Shown in pieces: positions 1-9,963 of a DNA stretch of 64,000 bases. Both the position numbers and the translations under genes were made by a program. This DNA comes from Anaerolineae bacterium (GTDB lineage Bacteria > Chloroflexota > Anaerolineae > UBA1429). The stretch spans positions 2,656,001-2,720,000 of the forward strand of contig OY776562.1 of NCBI GenBank assembly GCA_963675785.1. Reading direction: 5' to 3'. The first letter of the stretch is position 1. Each line of letters begins with the position of its first letter. Under the pieces are notes generated by a model. The model was not told the DNA's origin. It did not search any database and was given only the letters and a program-made list of their open reading frames with translations.

Positions 1-1
1 G

Positions 2-232
2 CGCATAGGCCCCTCTCAAGGAGAGGTCTACCGTTCGCGCCCCAAACCAGAACGACCAACCGTAGAGGCGAAATTCCGCACTGGCGAGACAGTACTGCAC
101 TCTATCTTTGGCGAGGGCACGGTCATTTCAAGTGAGGTGATAGGGAGCGATGAAAAGGTCTCGGTGGCCTTTGAGGGACGGGGCATTAAAAACTTGATGG
201 CCAGCATGGCCAATCTGAAAAAGATAGATTAA
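2..232 (+). CDS. pcrA: 3' end of PcrA/UvrD-family DNA helicase (C-terminal Tudor-like domain), partial
   Basis: My translation of frame 2 gives ...KFRTGETVLHSIFGEGTVISSEVIGSDEKVSVAFEGRGIKNLMASMANLKKID*, matching the F..G..V.H..FG.G.V......V.F...G.K.L pattern of the PcrA/UvrD C-terminus. Not in the ORF track because the start lies outside the window. Confidence 0.8.
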   Translation, partial: RIGPSQGEVYRSRPKPERPTVEAKFRTGETVLHSIFGEGTVISSEVIGSDEKVSVAFEGRGIKNLMASMANLKKID

Positions 233-233
233 C

Positions 234-261
234 AAAAAGGACGCGCTAAGCGCGTCCTTTT
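234..261. terminator. Bidirectional intrinsic terminator
   Basis: AAAAGGACGCGC-TAA-GCGCGTCCTTTT inverted repeat between convergent genes. Confidence 0.85.
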
Positions 262-272
262 CCTTTCAACAC

Positions 273-689
273 TCAGGCCAGCCGAGCCAGCTCTTGGGTC
301 TGAGGTCGAAATTTATAGTTATAGACGATGATCCCATCCTCACCTTCTTCATACATCTTGCGAGTGACCATCTCCACCGGCATACCGATGCTCACTTCCT
401 CAGGTGATACGTCGGTGAGCTGGGCCGTGATCATGGGACCCTCATCCAGCTGAATCAGCGCCACCACATAAGGTACGTACTCGCCAAAGCGCTCAGGAGC
501 TGAGAACATGGTGGTGTACGAATAGATTGTCCCCATGCCGCTAAAAGCATAGGCCTCTTTGGCCTCACCGTGGCATTCCGGGCAAATATCCCGAGGCGGG
601 AAAAGCTTGTTCCCGCAATGCGGACACTCTTCACCAACCAGGCTCATTCGTTGCTTGGTTGTCCTACGATAGGCAGCAAGTTCCATCAT
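273..689 (-). CDS. DUF35-family Zn-ribbon/OB-fold protein (thiolase/HMG-CoA synthase scaffold)
   Basis: CPHCG...FPPRDICPEC Zn ribbon, then OB-fold GTIYSYT...PYVVALIQLDEGP...IGMPVEMVTRK; directly downstream of a thiolase. Confidence 0.9.
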   Translation of the reverse strand: MMELAAYRRTTKQRMSLVGEECPHCGNKLFPPRDICPECHGEAKEAYAFSGMGTIYSYTTMFSAPERFGEYVPYVVALIQLDEGPMITAQLTDVSPEEVSIGMPVEMVTRKMYEEGEDGIIVYNYKFRPQTQELARLA

Positions 690-703
690 TCCTCCTTTGG
701 AGG

Positions 704-1870
704 CTAATTCTGTCTCTGAAGAACGTGGGACACGACCGTTGCACCGCTCCCACCAATACTGGATGTAAGCCCGAACTCACAATCTGCGAGTTGATTCTTA
801 CCTGCGTCACCGCGGAGTTGCTGAACTGCTTCGACAATCTGATATATCCCCGATGCGCCCACAGGGTGCCCCCTGGCTTTGAGCCCCCCCATGGTACAAA
901 TGGGCAGTTCGCCATCAAGACCAATCTTGTTCTCGACCGCCCAGGCCACGCCGCGCCCTCGCTCAGCAAAGCCAGCCGCTTCTAGCGAGAGGGCAGACAT
1001 GATGGTAAAGGCATCGTGCAGCTCGTAAAAATCAATGTCCTTGAGCTGTATATTGGCTCGACCGAGCGCCCGAGCGACGGATAGATTGAGCGCCGACAGG
1101 AACAAGGGGTCTTTGCGCTCGTGCAATGCTACGGAATCGGTGCCAATGCCTGAACCGGCGATACGCACATGCTTCATGTCCTGAGCTCGTGCAAAGGACG
1201 TAGGCGCTAACACCACCGCTGCCGCACCATCGGCAATCGCCGAAGAATCAAAGAGACTGACAGGATCCGCGATCATCTTGGCCCGCCGATAGGTCTCTAT
1301 CGAGATAGCCTTGCGGAACATGGCGTTGGGGTTGTTCACGGCATTCGCGTGGGCGTTAATCGAGAAATTGGCAAAATCGTCGTGCGTCCAACCGTATTCA
1401 TACATATAACGCCGCATGAGTAGCGCGTTCAGGGCCACGAACGAAAGCCCATGCTCGGCCTCATAAATAGAGTCCGCTGCCGCAGCCAATGCTGTCGTGG
1501 TCTCATCCGAGAGCGTATCGGTCATCTTTTCTACACCCGAAGCCACGACGATCTCGTACTCGCCACTAGACACCGCCATGTATCCAGCGCGAACTGCCGC
1601 TGCACCCGAAGCACAAGCAGCCTCAATCTTGAAGGCCTCGATGCCTCGGAATCCAGCATAATCGGCAATGAGCGCGCCCAGATTGGCCTGGCGCGAAAGC
1701 TGACCCGAAAGCATATTCCCCACATACAAAGCCTGGGGACGATCTACATGAGCATCTACCAAGGCGGTGAGAACAGCCTCACTACCGAGAATCCGCAGCG
1801 GCTTGTCCCAATGTTCACCAGCCGACACCTGGCCAATTCCAATAATGGAAACATCTCGCACGAAGGTCAC
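704..1870 (-). CDS. Acetoacetyl-CoA thiolase, archaeal/SCP2-like type
   Basis: EAACASG nucleophile motif, ELHDAF and GHPVGASG motifs. Confidence 0.92.
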   Translation of the reverse strand: MTFVRDVSIIGIGQVSAGEHWDKPLRILGSEAVLTALVDAHVDRPQALYVGNMLSGQLSRQANLGALIADYAGFRGIEAFKIEAACASGAAAVRAGYMAVSSGEYEIVVASGVEKMTDTLSDETTTALAAAADSIYEAEHGLSFVALNALLMRRYMYEYGWTHDDFANFSINAHANAVNNPNAMFRKAISIETYRRAKMIADPVSLFDSSAIADGAAAVVLAPTSFARAQDMKHVRIAGSGIGTDSVALHERKDPLFLSALNLSVARALGRANIQLKDIDFYELHDAFTIMSALSLEAAGFAERGRGVAWAVENKIGLDGELPICTMGGLKARGHPVGASGIYQIVEAVQQLRGDAGKNQLADCEFGLTSSIGGSGATVVSHVLQRQN

Positions 1871-1873
1871 TCC

Positions 1874-2929
1874 TTAGTGCATCTTGAGTTTGCGACGAAA
1901 GCGCGAATACATCGCGTAATCAATCTCACAACGCGCTGCGACATACTCGCGGGTGGTGCGGGCCAGGTTCTGTACCTCTTGAATGCGGTCCGTCACACGC
2001 CAACAAAAAGCATCGCTGCCCGCCCCAGAGCCAAAAGAGACATGCAGAATGCGATCGCCGGGCTGGGCGATATCGAACAGTGCACTTAGGCCGGCCATGG
2101 TTGCCCCAGCATAGGTATTGCCAATCTCGGGCACTAACAAACCAGCCTGGTACTGTTCGCGCGTAAAGCCCAACGTGGCCGCCGCAGACTGCGGGAAACG
2201 GGCATTAGGCTGATGGAACACAACCAGATCAAAGTCTTGGGCGGTGTATCCCAACTCATCCATCAACGTTTGAGCACTCGCCAAGACATGCTTGAAATAG
2301 CCAGGCTCACCAGTAAAGCGACCGCCGTGCCGAGGATACTCTTGCATCGGGCGCCGCCAAAAATCGGGCGTATCGGTGACATAGGAATATGAGCCTTCAA
2401 AAACTGCAATGCTCTCTTCGCCAGGACCCACAATGAGCGCCCCTCCACCGGCTCCTGCTGTATACTCAAGGGCATCACCTGGGCGACCCTGTGCTGTATC
2501 CATACCGATGGCCATAGCATAATCCGCCATAGTAGAGCCCACCAGCCCAATGCAGGCCTGAAGCGCTTCGGTGCCCGCCTTGCAAGCAAACTGCCAGTCG
2601 GCACTCAAAGTAGCCGGCGTCGCGCCAATCGCCTCGGCCACAATGGTAGAAGAAGGTTTGACAGCATAAGGGTGAGACTCGCTACCGATCCAGACGGCAC
2701 GCAATTGCTGGGGATCAATCCGCGCCCTCAGCAGCGCGTTTCGTGCAGCTTCAATCGACATGGTCACAGTGTCTTCGTCAGGGCCCGGAACTGCCTTTTC
2801 AGCAATCGGGGCGCCGTCGGATTCGCCGTGCCAAATACGGTCCACTTCGCTGGCAGGCAAGCGGAACCGCGGGACATAAGCCCCGTACCCTACAATGCCC
2901 ACCTCACGCTGCGGCTTCATCACTGACAA
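1874..2929 (-). CDS. Hydroxymethylglutaryl-CoA synthase, archaeal type
   Basis: [36 protein letters not shown] (catalytic Cys), [18 protein letters not shown]. Confidence 0.92.
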   Translation of the reverse strand: MSVMKPQREVGIVGYGAYVPRFRLPASEVDRIWHGESDGAPIAEKAVPGPDEDTVTMSIEAARNALLRARIDPQQLRAVWIGSESHPYAVKPSSTIVAEAIGATPATLSADWQFACKAGTEALQACIGLVGSTMADYAMAIGMDTAQGRPGDALEYTAGAGGGALIVGPGEESIAVFEGSYSYVTDTPDFWRRPMQEYPRHGGRFTGEPGYFKHVLASAQTLMDELGYTAQDFDLVVFHQPNARFPQSAAATLGFTREQYQAGLLVPEIGNTYAGATMAGLSALFDIAQPGDRILHVSFGSGAGSDAFCWRVTDRIQEVQNLARTTREYVAARCEIDYAMYSRFRRKLKMH

Positions 2930-2950
2930 AACGTTATCCTCCAGCCAGTT

Positions 2951-4249
2951 CTAATCGGTCGAACCGGCACGCATCGCGACCAGAATTTCGGACGCGCGTT
3001 CAGGTCGAATGTTCCGTTCTGAAACGAGCTGCTGCGCCACCTGTTCCACTTGATCACTGGTTGCGCCTGCCGCCAGAGCCACCTGGCGCGCATGCAGCTT
3101 CATATGTCCTTGCTGAATGCCTTCCATGGCCAAGGCGCGGAGTGCTGCCAGGTTTTGCGCCAAGCCTACAGATGCGGCGATCTCAGCCAACTCTGTAGCC
3201 GATTGAACGCCCAATATCTTTAGTGCCAACCGAGCCATGGGATGAACGCGTGTTGCCCCACCCACAGTTCCCAATGCCATGGGCAATTCGATTGAGCCAA
3301 CCAGGTCACCGTCAGCGTTTTGTTCCCAGTGAGAAAGGGGACAATACTGTCCACCACGTGCAGCATAGGCGTGCGCCCCGGCTTCTATGGCTCGCCAATC
3401 ATTCCCAGTGGCCACCACCAGCGCATCGATACCGTTCATGATGCCCTTGTTATGCGTTGCCGCGCGGTAGGGATCGCTGGCAGCAAAAGCATAGGCTTCA
3501 ACAATGCGTTGAACGCCCTCTTGGCCCGTCAAGCCATACATGGCAAGCTGTTCGGCGGGCACCACACACCGTGCACGCGCCAGGCGCCGGTCGGCAAGAT
3601 TGCTCAAAATTCTTAGTCCGACACGCCCGCTGGTGATCTTTTCGATCTCGGGAGAGAGCGCTTCGAGGGTCGTATTAATAGTATTCGCGCCCATAGCATC
3701 GCGGGTATCGATGATCAGGTGAACCACCAACATGGGGCCAACCGGGCCGGATTCTATCAAGCGAACCTGTATATCACGCGGGCCGCCGCCCAGGCGAACC
3801 ATCACCGGGTCGATTTCGGCAGCACGCGCCAATAAAGCTTCACGTTGCTCCAAAATCGCCAGTCGCGCCGCATGGGGGTCAACTATATCCAAAACCTGCA
3901 TTTGGCCGATCATTTCGGGCGCCGTGGTGCTGGCCCAAAAGCCCCCACCTGCCCGAACAAGTCGAGCAGCATAGCTCATACCCGCCACCACAGAGGGTTC
4001 CTCAATAACCATAGGCACGGCAACATCTTTGCCGTTTACCAAAAGGTTCGTGCCGATTCCCATCGGCAAGCCGTATATGCCAACAACATTCTCAATCATG
4101 GCATCGGCTGTGCGAACATCCAGACCACTGCCCTCACCAAGCAATGCCTTTTCCGAATCGCCCAGCTCAAAAAGCTCATCGAGCCGTTTGAGTCGATCAG
4201 GCAGTGCCAATTTGTAAAAACCCGAGAGGTCAGACTGATCCAAATCCAT
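2951..4249 (-). CDS. mvaA: Hydroxymethylglutaryl-CoA reductase, class II
   Basis: SGFYKL, ENVVG, EEPSVVA, DAMGAN, RILSNL, THNKGIMNG, GHMKLH motifs. Confidence 0.93.
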   Translation of the reverse strand: MDLDQSDLSGFYKLALPDRLKRLDELFELGDSEKALLGEGSGLDVRTADAMIENVVGIYGLPMGIGTNLLVNGKDVAVPMVIEEPSVVAGMSYAARLVRAGGGFWASTTAPEMIGQMQVLDIVDPHAARLAILEQREALLARAAEIDPVMVRLGGGPRDIQVRLIESGPVGPMLVVHLIIDTRDAMGANTINTTLEALSPEIEKITSGRVGLRILSNLADRRLARARCVVPAEQLAMYGLTGQEGVQRIVEAYAFAASDPYRAATHNKGIMNGIDALVVATGNDWRAIEAGAHAYAARGGQYCPLSHWEQNADGDLVGSIELPMALGTVGGATRVHPMARLALKILGVQSATELAEIAASVGLAQNLAALRALAMEGIQQGHMKLHARQVALAAGATSDQVEQVAQQLVSERNIRPERASEILVAMRAGSTD

Positions 4250-4293
4250 CTCCTTGACTGATAGGGCGCCTCAAAACATGGTGTATGCGGGCG

Positions 4294-4302
4294 ATTATAA
4301 CA
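4294..4302 (-). promoter_or_regulatory. Extended -10 promoter element for the mevalonate operon
   Basis: TGtTATAAT on the minus strand about 45 nt upstream of the HMG-CoA reductase start. Confidence 0.5.
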
Positions 4303-4468
4303 CCGCCACACTGTCAAAAACTCTCACAGCCTATCGGCAAGCTCTCAGATGTATCGTGAACACTCTGAACATTCGAAAAAAAATGCCTCGTCACGAATTG
4401 TACACGGCGGGGTTGGAACATATAGAAGTATGAACCCGTCCAAGATGTGTTCGGACGAAGGAGACATA

Positions 4469-4912
4469 ATGATGCTCAGATCGATTGGTACGCTTGGAAT
4501 CGTTTCGCTCTGCGCCGTAGCGTTGGCTTTGTGTTGTAGCACCGGGGAACCCATCAGTGCCGAAAAACCCGAACCGACTGCGCCTGACGCCTTGATGCAA
4601 GAAATCTATATCCCCAAAGACGCTCAATTATCGGTGGATTGGGCCATAAATGACTTGGCCAGCAGATTGGACGTAGCCAGCGACAATATAAAAACCACGG
4701 AAGTAAGCCAGACAGAGTGGAGCAACAGCAGCCTCGGCTGTCCCTCTGCTGGCCAGATGTACGCTCAGGTCATTACGCCTGGCTATGTCATCAAACTAGA
4801 ATCGGGCGGGCAAACGTGGGAATATCACACTGCCCTTGGTAGTTCAATGGCGAAATTCTGTGGGGTCGCTAACAGTACAATTTCCTCCTCAATAACCAAA
4901 ACTGCCATCTAG
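4469..4912 (+). CDS. Putative lipoprotein, conserved hypothetical
   Basis: AAGGAGA RBS before ATG 4469 (the ORF-track start at 4349 looks over-extended); hydrophobic signal ending ALC-C; W..SSLGCP..GQMYAQVITPGY.I.L...G..WEYHT motif. Confidence 0.7.
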   Translation: MMLRSIGTLGIVSLCAVALALCCSTGEPISAEKPEPTAPDALMQEIYIPKDAQLSVDWAINDLASRLDVASDNIKTTEVSQTEWSNSSLGCPSAGQMYAQVITPGYVIKLESGGQTWEYHTALGSSMAKFCGVANSTISSSITKTAI

Positions 4913-4931
4913 CCCAGGTGCATTTCGACAC

Positions 4932-4970
4932 AAAAAAGAGGGCCCGAGTGAAAACTCGGGCCCTCTCGTT
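4932..4970. terminator. Intrinsic terminator between convergent genes
   Basis: AAAAAAGAGGGCCCGAGT-GAAA-ACTCGGGCCCTCT hairpin. Confidence 0.85.
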
Positions 4971-4984
4971 CTAGAGATGGGACA

Positions 4985-7900
4985 TCAGGGTGCAACACCC
5001 CACAAGGCCGGGAACCAGAGCCATACTTCTTCAGCATAGTTCCGAACGAGTACGTTCTGCGAAGTAACGGTCTTGTGGCCATAGTTATCCGTTACCTCAA
5101 CACGAACTGTGTACCAACCCGTCTTCGCATAGGTATGGGATACCTGACTGCTCGCATAAGCCGGCGTCCAGTCCGTCCCATCGCCAAAGTCCCAGCGATA
5201 GCTAACGCCTGTAGCACTACTCATAACCCCCGTGATAGCAGGCGTAGCAAGACTCGCCTCAAAGGTCATCAGTCTGCTAGCGTTGTCGACTGTCGTTACA
5301 GCAATCGAAGCAGTGGGCTCATCCCAACCCCACTCAAGCAGGGTTCCGAGGAACTCTTCGCGTGTGGTGCTTGTTTCGGTGTTGTTCACACCCTCCAAGC
5401 CGAACGTGGTATAGATAGAGCGCCCCAAATAGCTGATGCCTGGCGTCTCAAGCGTTGGTTCACCAGAGTGACTCATCGCCACGCAAGCGTTATGGAGCCC
5501 TGCATCCGAGGTTCCAATAGCCCCTGTGTATTGCAACAAGGACGTATATGGGAGCACTTCCTCAGGGTTATCCGGCGCTGTGACGGGATCTGTAGAAATC
5601 TCGTCAATATAGAACTGGTTAGCAGCGCCATCTCCGTCCGCTGAAAGATCTAGACTGATATCCCCAAAAGCGTCGGGAGCAGAAGTAACCGGTCCTACAG
5701 GTACAGTCGGTGTCAAGTAACCAGTCACCGAGTCATCAATGTACACACCACCCAAACCATAGGCATAGAGGAAACTAGCCGTATCAGCACTGGTCGCATC
5801 CCACACCGACGCCAAGTCCTGCCCCATGGCGATGAACACACCGTCATTGTTCAGGTAATCCATAAGGACATCCTGATCAACAGAGGTTAGTGGTGTAGAA
5901 ACGGTAAAGTAACCGTTGGGATAGTAGTTGTCACCGGTGTAGTAAATGATCGCATCATAGCCATAGAGTACTTCAGCATTGGGAATCGTCTGATCATTAC
6001 CGAAATACATGTCCGTGTCCCAGATGTCATAGGTATAACCCAAGTTGGTCAGGGTGGACGTGTAATAATCGGTGTAATCAGTCAGGTCCAAAGTCGTTGA
6101 GGCATCGTTGTCCAGCAAGAGGACATCCGCTCCACTGTACTCGGGAGTAACGCGGGCCCAGGCCGGCATGTGGGCGTCATGCTCGATACCGTCCATGATA
6201 ATGTATCCCTGGTTATCGCCAGTATCAGCACATTCGGACGTTGTCACTGTCACTTCGATGACGGCAGTCTCACCCGGTTCAAGTGTGACAGAGCTCGGAG
6301 AGACGGTAAAGCCTGCCAACGACGTGGTTTGCGTGATCGTCTCGGCATAGTATGTTGAAAGCGCATAAGTCTCGGTGACATCGGCCACGCTTGTCAGAGT
6401 TACCTGCAACGAGGTGGTGGTTCCCGTCGGCACCGTGCCAAAGCTCAAGCTGGGAGGATCGAGCAGCACACCAGGATCCGCGGCATTGGTCAGATCTAGG
6501 CGGCCAGCGCCCATATCCAATGGCTGAGCAGGTGTGCCATCCGAGGTTACCACGCCCTCATAGACGGATGACGACATGAGGGCCGATTTGATATCATCGT
6601 TCGACCACTCGGGATGCGCGGCTTTGAGCAAAGCAGCAGCACCAGCTACGTGAGGCGAGGCCATCGAAGTACCTGACGCCTGACCGTAACCAAGGTGACG
6701 CGCCTCACCGGTAACACCCGAAGCATAACCCTGCGCCAGGATGTTGACACCAGGTGCAGCGATATCCGGTTTGAGTTCATTTCCTACTGCGGGCCCACGG
6801 CTCGAAAAGTCAGCGACCACATCTGGCGTGTTGCCGATCTGGAAGGCCGTCATATCAACGGTAAGAACGGCATCCGCATTCCCTTCGGCAAAGGCCACCA
6901 TAGCATCGCCGTCGGTTTGACCAACAAAGACAGATGGAATAGTGACATAGCCACCATAGACACCGCCAGACATGTTGATCAGATCATCACCTGCATTGTT
7001 GTAGATGATGACCATTTCAGCACCAGCCAACTGCGCATTGTAAACTTTGAGGCCAAACTCGCAGCTACCGCGGCTAATGAGCACAGCCTTACCGTCAAAT
7101 ACACCATCATCCCATTCAGAACAGCCTGTCACATTCGTCGGATCAATCGAATTAGCTGTCACTAGAGAATAGGTAACGACAGTGCCCGCTTCCAAAGCGG
7201 CGCCAAAGTCTGCATCCCCAAAGTAGACGCCCGAGACAGGATCATCGGTTGCCGTTACGGAATCTACGCCCAATTGGCCAGCAGCCAATGTCCCCGTTGT
7301 GCTGGTTGCGGCAACGTTGATGTAAGAAGAAGAAGGGTGATCACCCGTCGAAAGAGCCGGGCCAGCATTGCCGTTGGACATGGACACAAAGATGCCAGCA
7401 GTCCAGGCGTTATTCAGGGCCGTATCAAGCGCATCAAACTGGCCACCCACACCAGTCGGGCCGCCGCCCCAGCTGTTGTTGAGCACATCAGCGCCATCAG
7501 CGACAATGTCTTCCAAAGCAGCAAGGCCTTCAGCCGTATAGAATGAACCATCGCCCGTAACACTGTCATAGAATACACGATAGCTCATGAGCCAGGCACC
7601 AGGCGCCACACCGCTCATGTCCTCAATTTCGAGGCCAAGGTAATCAGCAGTTACGACGTTACCGGCCGCTGTTGACCCAGTATGCGTACCGTGTGATGTA
7701 CCTGTCTCACCTGGCCAAGGATTTTCTTCACCTGTCGCCGGGGGGTCCCAGGCGCGAAAGTAAACACGCGAGCAGATGATCTTACCATTGTTGTTTGACT
7801 TTAGGCCCAAACCACCCTCAGGATAGTCCTCAGGATAGTCAAAACCTGTACCATCAAACATGGCAGCCTCATTATGCAAGCCGCCGTCCATAGAGGCCAC

Positions 7901-8488
7901 CTTTACACCAGCACCGGCGTCAGCCTGGCCGCCCTCAACATCCCACAACGTGGTTGCATTGATCAGGGTCGTGCTCGTGTAAAGGTCTGTCGAATAAGCA
8001 TAGTCAAAGTAGACTGCTTCTACGCCATCAAGACTGAGTAAAACCTCTTCAGCCTTTTCGAGGTCCTCATTTGGATCGATCGCAAGACCGTTAAAGGCAA
8101 TCTGGTAGGTCTCCTGTTCAGTCTCACCGAACTCGTTCACAAAGGCAGAAACCTCAGAGCCAGGCAGCGCCGCGGTCATTGCCTCAATGAAAGCTTGTTG
8201 CTGCGCTTGAAGGCTTGCAATATAGTCTTGCGATTGAATGTCCTGAACTGCTGAATAAGTGTCATTTAGCTGATCCGGATCATTCTCAGCCAGCCACTCA
8301 ACAAGACTTTGCCCCTCAAGCTCTACAATCAAACGATGTGAAGTAACCTGGTCTACGCCACGCTCCGTCTCTGCTACTTTTACAGAGTCATCAGTGGGAG
8401 ACACCGGCCCTTGCGCCATTGCCATAGGTGCCATAACAAGCACCAGGGTAATGAGTACACCTATTGACTTGAGAATGTTCCGCTTCAT
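4985..8488 (-). CDS. Secreted S8 subtilase with I9-like propeptide, PA domain and C-terminal PKD domain
   Basis: Catalytic triad motifs VASMDGG, SHGTHTGS, SGTSMASPHVAG; PA-domain ISRGSCEF; PKD motif YRWDFGDG...SHTY...G.YTVRVEVTD; signal peptide MKRNILKS starting at 8488. Confidence 0.92.
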   Translation of the reverse strand: MKRNILKSIGVLITLVLVMAPMAMAQGPVSPTDDSVKVAETERGVDQVTSHRLIVELEGQSLVEWLAENDPDQLNDTYSAVQDIQSQDYIASLQAQQQAFIEAMTAALPGSEVSAFVNEFGETEQETYQIAFNGLAIDPNEDLEKAEEVLLSLDGVEAVYFDYAYSTDLYTSTTLINATTLWDVEGGQADAGAGVKVASMDGGLHNEAAMFDGTGFDYPEDYPEGGLGLKSNNNGKIICSRVYFRAWDPPATGEENPWPGETGTSHGTHTGSTAAGNVVTADYLGLEIEDMSGVAPGAWLMSYRVFYDSVTGDGSFYTAEGLAALEDIVADGADVLNNSWGGGPTGVGGQFDALDTALNNAWTAGIFVSMSNGNAGPALSTGDHPSSSYINVAATSTTGTLAAGQLGVDSVTATDDPVSGVYFGDADFGAALEAGTVVTYSLVTANSIDPTNVTGCSEWDDGVFDGKAVLISRGSCEFGLKVYNAQLAGAEMVIIYNNAGDDLINMSGGVYGGYVTIPSVFVGQTDGDAMVAFAEGNADAVLTVDMTAFQIGNTPDVVADFSSRGPAVGNELKPDIAAPGVNILAQGYASGVTGEARHLGYGQASGTSMASPHVAGAAALLKAAHPEWSNDDIKSALMSSSVYEGVVTSDGTPAQPLDMGAGRLDLTNAADPGVLLDPPSLSFGTVPTGTTTSLQVTLTSVADVTETYALSTYYAETITQTTSLAGFTVSPSSVTLEPGETAVIEVTVTTSECADTGDNQGYIIMDGIEHDAHMPAWARVTPEYSGADVLLLDNDASTTLDLTDYTDYYTSTLTNLGYTYDIWDTDMYFGNDQTIPNAEVLYGYDAIIYYTGDNYYPNGYFTVSTPLTSVDQDVLMDYLNNDGVFIAMGQDLASVWDATSADTASFLYAYGLGGVYIDDSVTGYLTPTVPVGPVTSAPDAFGDISLDLSADGDGAANQFYIDEISTDPVTAPDNPEEVLPYTSLLQYTGAIGTSDAGLHNACVAMSHSGEPTLETPGISYLGRSIYTTFGLEGVNNTETSTTREEFLGTLLEWGWDEPTASIAVTTVDNASRLMTFEASLATPAITGVMSSATGVSYRWDFGDGTDWTPAYASSQVSHTYAKTGWYTVRVEVTDNYGHKTVTSQNVLVRNYAEEVWLWFPALWGVAP

Positions 8489-8628
8489 AGGCTCTTTGTT
8501 CCCCTTCCTCCGATTTACTTTTTCGAACAGCCAAAGCACCTTTGCCTTATTGCACATACTCCTTTTTAACCTATCCATGTAGATAGTGTCAAGAGCGAAT
8601 ATGCCCAAATAACCAAAAACTAACCTGA

Positions 8629-8657
8629 TTGACAAGACCTTTCTGTAGTGATACTAT
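8629..8657 (+). promoter_or_regulatory. Sigma70-type promoter for the SAM riboswitch operon
   Basis: TTGACA (8629-8634), 17-nt spacer ending TGa, TACTAT (8652-8657). Confidence 0.7.
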
Positions 8658-8688
8658 TTCAATCGGCTTACATATATTATGGAAAGCG

Positions 8689-8813
8689 CTCTTATCCAGA
8701 GGGGGGGAGGGATCGGCCCTGTGAACCCCCGGCAACCCTGTTATTGGATTATTCTCTGGGTGCCAACTCCGGCAGATTGGTAATCTTGGAATTACCCGTC
8801 TGAAAGATGAGAG
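8689..8813 (+). ncRNA. SAM-I (S-box) riboswitch aptamer
   Basis: CTCTTATCCAGAG...GAGGGA.CGGCCC.GTGAA.CC..GGCAACC...GGTGCCAA.TCC.GCAG...CTGAAAGATGAGAG matches the S-box consensus; upstream of Met/SAM genes. Confidence 0.93.
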
Positions 8814-8827
8814 GGAGATAAGCATTC

Positions 8828-8861
8828 AGACGTCTCCCCATTCGGGAGACGTTCTCTTTTT
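8828..8861 (+). terminator. Riboswitch expression-platform terminator
   Basis: AGACGTCTCCC-CATTC-GGGAGACGTTCT followed by a T-tract, immediately after the aptamer. Confidence 0.8.
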
Positions 8862-8874
8862 GTGGGAGAAGCGC

Positions 8875-9963
8875 GTGACGCGCCATAAGAACAGCTTGAC
8901 CCCTGGATGGCTACCTGTAGCCATGGGCAGCCTTCCGCATACTGATCCACATAAAGCTTGGCAGGCCATTCTAAAGAACTTGGCCGAAGTGCCTGGTTGG
9001 CCTCAACTACCCAAAAGAGCAGCCAACGAAGGTGTCTATCGGCAATTCGCAGAACGCTTTCCGGCTCTTTCGGTTGTGGATGGACGATTGTGTATTGACC
9101 GCACAGTAGATCTCGACCAAGAGTTGAGCGAACTTTATCTTGCCTACTTGGAATATGATCTTTCCTATGCCCGTATCAGCAATGAGCGGGCCAAGGCTCT
9201 GGCACTTTTGATCGAAGGACATATCGATGTAGGCAAGCCGCTGGCAATCAAGAGCCAGATAACAGGCCCGGTCAGTTTTGGTCTTTCCGTCGTCGATCGC
9301 TACCAGCGACCCATTCTCTATGACAAGGTAATGGCAGATGCCATTGCTAAACATCTTCGCTTAAAGGCCGCCTATCTCGAGCAACAACTCGACAGATTTG
9401 CCTCGACGATCATTACCATCATCGAAGAACCCTACATGGCCTCTTTTGGCTCGCAATATGTCTCCCTCACTCGCGCTCAAGTAACCACCATGATCTCCGA
9501 GGTCATGGATGGCATCCAAGGGGTTCGGGGCATCCATTGTTGCGGAAATACCGATTGGTCCCTCATCCTCAAAACACCTGTCGAGTTATTGAGCATGGAT
9601 GCCTACGATTATGGACGAACACTGACGGACCATGCACAGGGGCTGCAGGCCTTTTTAGAGCGCGGCGGCATCTTGTGTTGGGGTATTGTGCCAGCCGGAA
9701 TGGCAGCACAGAACGAGACTGTTCCGCATCTTGTTACACTTCTCGAACAGCACATCGAGCGCCTTGTCGAGCAGGGCGTCAATCGCGATCTCTTGTTAAC
9801 CCAGGGCATGGTCTCACCATCGTGTGGGCTGGGATCTGTTGATATCCCCTTGGCGGAACACATTCTTTCGTTGACTCGTCAAGTCTCCGAGGAGATGCGG
9901 CACCGCTATATTGTTCAAGAGCCCGTCGTCAATGAAAACTCGGAGCAGGAGGAGTTGGGTTGA
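8875..9963 (+). CDS. Single-barrel 'core' methionine synthase (MetE C-terminal/UroD superfamily)
   Basis: GSLPH, WPQLP, KSQITGP, EEPY, HCC and SPSCGLG Zn-ligand motifs; about 360 aa with no N-terminal folate-binding barrel; first gene after the S-box. GTG 8875 follows GGAGA. Confidence 0.8.
   Translation: MTRHKNSLTPGWLPVAMGSLPHTDPHKAWQAILKNLAEVPGWPQLPKRAANEGVYRQFAERFPALSVVDGRLCIDRTVDLDQELSELYLAYLEYDLSYARISNERAKALALLIEGHIDVGKPLAIKSQITGPVSFGLSVVDRYQRPILYDKVMADAIAKHLRLKAAYLEQQLDRFASTIITIIEEPYMASFGSQYVSLTRAQVTTMISEVMDGIQGVRGIHCCGNTDWSLILKTPVELLSMDAYDYGRTLTDHAQGLQAFLERGGILCWGIVPAGMAAQNETVPHLVTLLEQHIERLVEQGVNRDLLLTQGMVSPSCGLGSVDIPLAEHILSLTRQVSEEMRHRYIVQEPVVNENSEQEELG

Noticed and set aside
8489-8635. 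N-terminal extension of the subtilase given in the ORF track
   Set aside because: The signal peptide begins at ATG 8488, and the extension runs into the divergent promoter region.
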